The notes under the pieces: model-generated
The model's input: the letters and a program-made list of their open reading frames with translations, nothing else
Database searches by the model: none
Told to the model about the DNA's origin: nothing
NCBI GenBank assembly: GCA_963786935.1
Contig: CAWBAN010000001.1
Span: 1,280,001 to 1,344,000, forward strand
Reading direction: 5' to 3'
From: an uncultured bacterium
Lineage (GTDB): Bacteria > Krumholzibacteriota > Krumholzibacteriia > Krumholzibacteriales > Krumholzibacteriaceae
DNA length: 64,000 nt
Position numbers and translations under genes: made by a program
In this document: positions 58,206 to 64,000 of the stretch, piece by piece
Layout: each line of letters opens with the position of its first letter
Numbering within the stretch: position 1 is the stretch's first letter

Positions 58206-59519
58206 ATGATGTTTTCCCGCGTCATGACATGCGCGATCATCCTGATGCTCGCCGCGCCGCCCGCCGTTTCCCAGCCGGGGGCGACGCCTCGCGTGAAGGC
58301 CGAAGCGCTCTTCGTCGACGCGCAGAAGGCTCTGTCGCGCGGCGATTACGCGGGCGCCGAGACGATACTCAAGGAAGCGCTCCAGACGGATCCCTCGTTC
58401 ACCTCCGCCATCTGGCAGCTCGCTCAGATATACGAATCCCGCGGCGAGATCGACTACGCGCGGGAGCTTCTGATGCGCGGACTGCGGCAGGATCCCGACG
58501 CCGTCTGGGCCCGGGAAAAGCTCTCGCAGATGGAGACCTCCCTCTCGCGCGCGATGTTGGCGGACGCGCGCGGCTCCATGAGCTCGGGCAAGTGGGACGG
58601 CGCGATCGGAAAGTTGTCGGCGTATCTCGATCTGAGGCCCAACGACGCCGCCGCGCTCGCCGCGATGGCGCGATGCCAGGTCGAGATGGGAAACCAGAAG
58701 GCGGCCCGGAAGTACATCGAGCGCGTGCGCGCGATCGACCCGGACAACGCCGAAGCCTCCTCCCTGCTCGCCCGGATGGAAACGACCGAGCGGAGCGCGC
58801 GGCTCGAGAAGCTTCTGGCCGAGGCCCAGATCGCGCTGCTCGACACGGCTTCCACCGCGCCCGGGCGCGCGCGAACGGCCCTCGAGGCGCTCATCGCGGC
58901 CGATCCGGCGAACACGTGGGCGAAGGAGCGGCTCGCCGAATTGAATCGCCCCGTCGAGAAGCCGCCCGCCGGCGCGGACCGGCGCGCCGCCAAGCCGCTT
59001 CCGCCGGTTTTCGCGAAAGGGCGCCAGACCGTCGACCGCTCGAAGGACGCCGTCGCCGGCCTCGGACGCTTCCTGCTCACTCACATCGCGCTCTTCCTGC
59101 TCGGCGCCGTCCTCTGCGTGCTCGCAATCGACATCCGAAGGAAGATAGCGCGTCGAAACTACCCCCTCGAGGGAACGATGACTCTCATTCCCATCCTCGA
59201 CATCGTGTCGCTTGTCAACGCCAACATGCGGACGGGGCGGCTCATCGTCGTGAGCTCGGACGCGAAAGGGGAGATCTTCTTCGACAAAGGCGAGATCGTC
59301 CACGCGCGCTGCGACGGTCTCACGGGGAAGGTCGCGTTCCAGAAGCTCATGGACATCCGCGCGGGCCGCTTCTTCTTCCACAATCATCTCCCGAACGTCC
59401 GCCGCACGATCTCCGATCCGTTGAGCCTGCTCCTCCTCTCGATGAAGCCGCACGAGGAGCCGGCGAAGGAATCCCCCGCGCCCAAGCAGCGCGAAGAGGC
59501 CCTCTCGACCCGCCGCTGA
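58206..59519 (+). CDS. TPR-repeat membrane protein with C-terminal DUF4388 (PATAN-like) domain
   Basis: Signal peptide, TPR helices, one TM; LEGTM..ILDIVSLV..RTGRL..GEIFFDKGEIVHA. Confidence 0.82.
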   Translation: MMFSRVMTCAIILMLAAPPAVSQPGATPRVKAEALFVDAQKALSRGDYAGAETILKEALQTDPSFTSAIWQLAQIYESRGEIDYARELLMRGLRQDPDAVWAREKLSQMETSLSRAMLADARGSMSSGKWDGAIGKLSAYLDLRPNDAAALAAMARCQVEMGNQKAARKYIERVRAIDPDNAEASSLLARMETTERSARLEKLLAEAQIALLDTASTAPGRARTALEALIAADPANTWAKERLAELNRPVEKPPAGADRRAAKPLPPVFAKGRQTVDRSKDAVAGLGRFLLTHIALFLLGAVLCVLAIDIRRKIARRNYPLEGTMTLIPILDIVSLVNANMRTGRLIVVSSDAKGEIFFDKGEIVHARCDGLTGKVAFQKLMDIRAGRFFFHNHLPNVRRTISDPLSLLLLSMKPHEEPAKESPAPKQREEALSTRR

Positions 59520-59574
59520 CGGTTCGTCGATTATCCGTAGATTGCCGGTTGATTGTCCGCCGATCGGATGTTCC

Positions 59575-61407
59575 TCAGACGAGCGTCTCGAGCAGGGGGC
59601 ATTCCGGAGCGGCGCCGGCCTCATCCGCTTCGCGGCTGTACCGGATTTCCCAGCGAATCGCGGGGTAGAGCTCCTCGCCCCGCTCGGCGCAGCGGCGCTC
59701 GAAGCGCTCGCGAACGCTCTCCATCGCCTCGTCGACGCGCTCGCGCGAGGCGCCGGCGACGATCACGTCGTAGCTCCCCGGCTCCCCGCCCCGCGCGACG
59801 AGCCACTCTTCCGTTCCACGGAGGGAGCAGAGATCCGATTCGAACAGACGGTTGAACGATCCCGCGTCGGCGCGCGCTCCCGCCATTCGCACCGAGACCA
59901 CGTGCAGCGGGACGCGGCGGAGCCTCGAGCGCTCGAGCATCATATGGAGCGGATGAACGAGATCCTTTTCGCGGTCGAGCGGCGGGCTCGCGGGCAGCCT
60001 GAGATGGAGCCCGTCCCGGTCGAGCGACGCGTGAACGCCGCCGAGCGCGCGGGCGAGCCGCTCCAGCGTCGCCCCCCGGGCGAGATTCCCCGTCTCGCCC
60101 CGGTCCTTCGGATCGATCCGTCCGCCGCGCGATCCGCCGCACGGCCTGATCGATATCGAAATCCGCGGATCCTCAGCCGCCTCGCCCCGCGCGTCGCACG
60201 CGGCGACGGCGCACTCGACGGAGGGAACCTCGCCGAGCCGCTCGCCGATCGCCTCCACCGCGGCGGCGACGTATCTCGAGAGCAGCGAACGGCAGGTGAG
60301 GAGCGGGATATCGGACGAGCGCAGCTTGAATCCGGCGATCGCGCCGCGACGCTCCAGGTCCGCCAGCATTTCGCCGAGCGCGGCGTCCACGCTGATCAAC
60401 GATCGCCAAACGTTCATTGATCCGGATTCGACCAAAAATTCGCTCTGGAGCTCGTCGAACGAGCTGATGAGCTTCTCGATGCTTCGACAGCCGATATCGA
60501 GAAACCGCTCCCGCTCGGCTCCATCGAGGATGCTCCCCTTCTCGCTCAGAATCATGACCGCGTTGCGCGCCGACGTGAGCGGCGTCCGCATGCGGTGCGA
60601 AAGGCTCGTCGCGAACCGCAGGTGAAGCTCGTCGAGCTTGCGCCACTCGGAAAAATCGTGCATGAGCACGAGATACGAGCGGCCGGCGGCGGTTTCCGCG
60701 CACTCGTGAATCTCGAGGCCGAGGAGACGCGAAGCGCCGTTTCCGTCCGGAACGGGCACGTCGACGAAATTGACGCATCCGCCCGAGCGGCGCCCGTCCA
60801 TGATGCGCGCGACGAGCCCGACGCGATCGAGCGCCTCTCCCGCTTCGCGTTCACTCGCGGCGCCGAGGATCTCGCGCGCCCGCCTGTTGACGTGGATCGG
60901 CATGAACTCCTCGTCGAGGAGCACGATTCCCTGGCTGATCGGCTCGAGGAGATCCCGGGGCGCCGCGGCGCCGAACACGGGGCGCCGAACGCGTCTGCGC
61001 ATCTTCTCCACGATGAAATCGAGCTCGGCGTCGCGCACCGGCTTCAGGAGAACCTCGTCGGCCCCGTTCGCGGCGGCCGCGGCGAAATCCTCCGGCTCGC
61101 GCGACGCGGTTACGAGCGCGATGCCCCCGGCGAATCCCCCGGCGCGGGCCCGGGAGACGAGCTCGGTGCCGCGCATGAGCGGCATGTCGAGATCGGTGAA
61201 CAAGAACGCCGGCCGGGCCGCGGGGAGCGCGCCGAGAAGGCTCGCCGGATCGTCGAATCGAACCGCCCCGATGCCGCGCCGCGCGAGGTGCCGCTCGAGC
61301 AGCGACGCCATGAGCCGGTCGTCATCGATGATGAAGGCCGTTTCGGCGGCGCCGGCGCGGGAGGTCCCGTGTTCCGTATCGGTCGCGTGTATTCGTTCGT
61401 TCGACAC
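59575..61407 (-). CDS. Hybrid signalling protein: receiver, PAS-like, HisKA and degenerate output domains
   Basis: IIDDD/FTDLDMP/VTA/LKP receiver motifs; GIVLLD..VNRRA; SHRMRTPLT. Confidence 0.8.
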   Translation of the reverse strand: MSNERIHATDTEHGTSRAGAAETAFIIDDDRLMASLLERHLARRGIGAVRFDDPASLLGALPAARPAFLFTDLDMPLMRGTELVSRARAGGFAGGIALVTASREPEDFAAAAANGADEVLLKPVRDAELDFIVEKMRRRVRRPVFGAAAPRDLLEPISQGIVLLDEEFMPIHVNRRAREILGAASEREAGEALDRVGLVARIMDGRRSGGCVNFVDVPVPDGNGASRLLGLEIHECAETAAGRSYLVLMHDFSEWRKLDELHLRFATSLSHRMRTPLTSARNAVMILSEKGSILDGAERERFLDIGCRSIEKLISSFDELQSEFLVESGSMNVWRSLISVDAALGEMLADLERRGAIAGFKLRSSDIPLLTCRSLLSRYVAAAVEAIGERLGEVPSVECAVAACDARGEAAEDPRISISIRPCGGSRGGRIDPKDRGETGNLARGATLERLARALGGVHASLDRDGLHLRLPASPPLDREKDLVHPLHMMLERSRLRRVPLHVVSVRMAGARADAGSFNRLFESDLCSLRGTEEWLVARGGEPGSYDVIVAGASRERVDEAMESVRERFERRCAERGEELYPAIRWEIRYSREADEAGAAPECPLLETLV

Positions 61408-61565
61408 CGGATGACATTCCTTTCAAGCGGGCGTTGCGATTACTTCGGTTACGCGCTGGCAAACGCAAGGCGTGTGCCTCGATTCACGCGAAACGACGCG
61501 GGCGTTCGAACGCGTTTGCGCCTTCATAGGGAACTTTAGGAGCGGCGCGGATTCGCAATATGCAT

Positions 61566-62384
61566 TCAGGGATTGATCGAATCGGGGCGCGGCGCGGAGC
61601 GGGAAGGCGGAAAACGGTACGCGAGAGCGATCGAAACGGACGAATCGAACGCGCGCGAGGAGGCTTCGCCGGTTTCGGCCGCCCCCCCGAGCTCGAGCAG
61701 GAGCTGCTTCGAGAGGGCGCACCCGATCGAGAGCGCGTACTGCGTGCGCTCATCGCCGTTTTCGAAGCCGATGAAGAACGCCGCGCAGTCGATCGATATC
61801 GACCCGGGGAGCCGCGCGCCGATCGAGGCGGCGAGCGTGAAGTGAGCGTCGTTGACGAAGCCCTCCTCGTCCCGCACGTCGGGAACGATCGTGTAGAGCG
61901 CCGCCGCGCTCACGTCGAGGCCGCGGGCCGCGAGGCGGGCCTCGATCCCTCCCTCCCCTTCGGACGTCGCGTCCGAGAAGGGGCGCAGGGACGCGGATCC
62001 CGTCGGGATCCGGGCGTCCGCGCGGATGAACAGCCTCACGGCACCCGCCGAATCTCCCGCCACGCGGGCGGCGGCGTGCAGCATCAGATCGCCGAATCCG
62101 TACCGGATGCCCGCGGTGTCCCGTACGGCGGGAAACTGGAGCCCGATCCGGACCTCGATCCGGGAGCGGGGACGGATGAGAACGTCGCCCGTGAGGAGCG
62201 AACCGCGCTGCCAACCGAGGTCGCACTCGCTCTGCCGGATGACGATGATCGCGCGCGTCGAATCGCTCGGCGGAATCGCGCGGAAGAATGAATGGGGATC
62301 GCAGTAAAATCCGGTCGCGCCGACCGGCACGACCGGAAACGCCGCCGCGGCGGCGAAAAGGATCAGGAAGGACGCGAGTCTCAC
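61566..62384 (-). CDS. Putative outer-membrane beta-barrel protein
   Basis: Signal peptide; GFGDL, RIPTG, IALAYRF strands. Confidence 0.65.
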   Translation of the reverse strand: MRLASFLILFAAAAAFPVVPVGATGFYCDPHSFFRAIPPSDSTRAIIVIRQSECDLGWQRGSLLTGDVLIRPRSRIEVRIGLQFPAVRDTAGIRYGFGDLMLHAAARVAGDSAGAVRLFIRADARIPTGSASLRPFSDATSEGEGGIEARLAARGLDVSAAALYTIVPDVRDEEGFVNDAHFTLAASIGARLPGSISIDCAAFFIGFENGDERTQYALSIGCALSKQLLLELGGAAETGEASSRAFDSSVSIALAYRFPPSRSAPRPDSINP

Positions 62385-62396
62385 GGGAACGCCCTT

Positions 62397-62843
62397 CTAC
62401 ACCACGCCCTCCAGCAAGCGGGTTTTTCCCTGGTTCACGAAATGAACGACGATCGTCCTGCGGTGGCCGGAAAGGGTCTCCTTGGCAATCACCTTTCCGT
62501 AGTCGTTCCAGGAGCGGTGGTAGATGACCTCTCCGACGTTGTAATCGCCCCCCTCCTGATACTCCCGAGCGTTCTCGGTGGAAAGGTCCTCGATGGCGAG
62601 GTCCTCGCCCTTCGCGCTCGCCTCCTCCTTTTCGGTCTCCTCGACCTCATCGATATCTTCCTGGTTGAGCATATGCGGCAGGTAGCCGCGGCAGCCGGGA
62701 CAGTTGAGCCAGATCACGTCCTGCGCATCCGACTCCTCGACGATCGGCATATCGAACGTCTTCTTGCATACGGAACAGTACTGCTCCACGGTTTTGCCGC
62801 GTTCCTTCCTGCTCTTCACTCTGCGCTGCGTCACCGAACCCAC
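62397..62843 (-). CDS. Zn-ribbon protein with acidic linker and Tudor/CarD-like C-terminal domain
   Basis: CSVC..CPGC, Glu-rich linker, YNVGEVIYH..YGKV..VHF. Confidence 0.72.
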   Translation of the reverse strand: MGSVTQRRVKSRKERGKTVEQYCSVCKKTFDMPIVEESDAQDVIWLNCPGCRGYLPHMLNQEDIDEVEETEKEEASAKGEDLAIEDLSTENAREYQEGGDYNVGEVIYHRSWNDYGKVIAKETLSGHRRTIVVHFVNQGKTRLLEGVV

Positions 62844-62870
62844 CCCCGTGCAACCGTTGTCAGGCGCCCG

Positions 62871-63056
62871 TTACTGCGACACGATCCTGCAGCATTCGTC
62901 CGCTTCCCTCGCCGAGAGAAACCTCATGCCGCAGACCGGGCACACGTGCTTTCCATCGAGTCTGCCCTCGGCTTCCGCCTTCGCGAGGAGCCGGTGGAAT
63001 TTTACGTAGTTCTTGTCTTTCTGAAGTAGTGTATCCTCCTTGTCCACTCTCGTCAT
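62871..63056 (-). CDS. Small zinc-finger-like protein (61 aa)
   Basis: GGGAGG RBS; CPVCGMRF...ADECC. Confidence 0.65.
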   Translation of the reverse strand: MTRVDKEDTLLQKDKNYVKFHRLLAKAEAEGRLDGKHVCPVCGMRFLSAREADECCRIVSQ

Positions 63057-63138
63057 TTCCACCCTCCCTTTCAGGGATACCGCTTCAAAGCCCCACCTGG
63101 TGTAGTTTTCACGCGCAGCCCATACCATATATGGTGGG

Positions 63139-63167
63139 CTTATACCATTTCTCCTTTCGGCTGTCAA
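63139..63167 (-). promoter_or_regulatory. Sigma70-type promoter for the small Zn proteins
   Basis: Minus strand TTGACA-17 nt-TATAAG with a TG extension. Confidence 0.7.
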
Positions 63168-63199
63168 CAAGATTCCCGGAAGAATCGAACGCGCCGTTG

Positions 63200-64000
63200 T
63201 CACCGGAGAATGACGACCTTCCGCACGGCGGTCTCGCTCCCCGCGGAAACGCGCAGGAAATACACTCCCGCCGGGACGGTCCTGTCGCCCGAATCGGTTC
63301 CGTCCCACGAGAGCGTCATCAAGCCGCTGAAGACCCGGTTCGAATAGATGTCCTTGATGCGCTGGCCGAGCACGTTGTACACGACGATGTCGACCTGCGT
63401 CCTGATCTCGCCCATCGTGTTCGACGAGGACGCCGCGCTCCTCGCCCCCGCTCCCTGGCCCGCGGATCCCGCCGCCGCGCGGCTCGAGTTCTCGACGCCG
63501 AAGCTCTTCGGCACGCTCACCGTGAACGTGACGCGGTCCCGCGTCGGATTGGGGAGCAGATTCGAAATGATCCCCGACGCGACGGGGACGCTCGCCGTCG
63601 CCGTCACTTCCTGGGACGAGAACGCGTACTCATGAAATTCGCCGCGGAAGGTGATCGCGAATTTGCCCTCGAGCCGGTAGCTGTACCGGCGCGTCGCGAC
63701 GACCGACGTATCGAGGTAGCTGTACGCGCGGCGGTTGCCGATGCCGTCCGGCGTCGAGACGGTGGCGAGCTTCGTTTCGGCACCGCCCGTGGTGAGGTCC
63801 GCGCGCCACACGTCGAACTGCGCGCCGAACAGCTCCACGGCCGTCGTCCACGCGACCCGGATGTCCTCCGAAACGGGAGTCGCGTACACCGTGTTGTACT
63901 TGAGCCCGATGAGGAACAGATTCTTCGACGCCGTGTCGCAGAGGCCGACCTTGTTCTCGGCACGGAAATCGACCACGTTGAGGCCCGGCTCGAGCCCGGT
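63200..64000 (-). CDS. C-terminal part of a secreted protein with FlgD/T9SS-like tail (5' end outside the window)
   Basis: Frame is open to the window edge; YSYLD..YSYRL, PNPT, YNVLGQRI, WDGTD..PAGVYFLR. Confidence 0.85.
   Translation of the reverse strand, partial: TGLEPGLNVVDFRAENKVGLCDTASKNLFLIGLKYNTVYATPVSEDIRVAWTTAVELFGAQFDVWRADLTTGGAETKLATVSTPDGIGNRRAYSYLDTSVVATRRYSYRLEGKFAITFRGEFHEYAFSSQEVTATASVPVASGIISNLLPNPTRDRVTFTVSVPKSFGVENSSRAAAGSAGQGAGARSAASSSNTMGEIRTQVDIVVYNVLGQRIKDIYSNRVFSGLMTLSWDGTDSGDRTVPAGVYFLRVSAGSETAVRKVVILR

Overview
A GC-rich bacterial chromosomal window with about 57 densely packed CDSs; I saw no rRNA, tRNA, CRISPR array, integrase or transposase. The secreted proteins end in NYPNPF(N)-type FlgD/T9SS-like tails or STSWGxIK tails, which suggests an uncultured FCB-group lineage such as Krumholzibacteriota or Latescibacterota (inference). 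Housekeeping blocks are rarA, pyrE, sdhCDAB, mrfBA (yprBA), an M23 peptidase, queH, a selenocysteine-containing selD, a ferredoxin, an M16 peptidase, lpdA, a LytS/LytTR pair and an Fe-S oxidoreductase-etfBA-acyl-CoA dehydrogenase operon. The main accessory element is a visibly lower-GC island of about 12 kb (27.3-39.2 kb) with six co-oriented genes: an unrecognised PIN-like/coiled-coil/2TM protein, hsdR, hsdS, RhuM-Fic/Doc, hsdM and a NERD-like nuclease fused to an SF1 helicase. It is the best candidate for an undescribed defence system. Other oddities are a GlpX homologue lacking catalytic residues, two compensating frameshifts hidden inside sdhA, a frameshift in the hsdM tail, an internally deleted GNAT gene, a TlpA with NxxC, a degenerate hybrid kinase and two structured non-coding elements. 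All calls come from reading motifs by eye; no searches were run.
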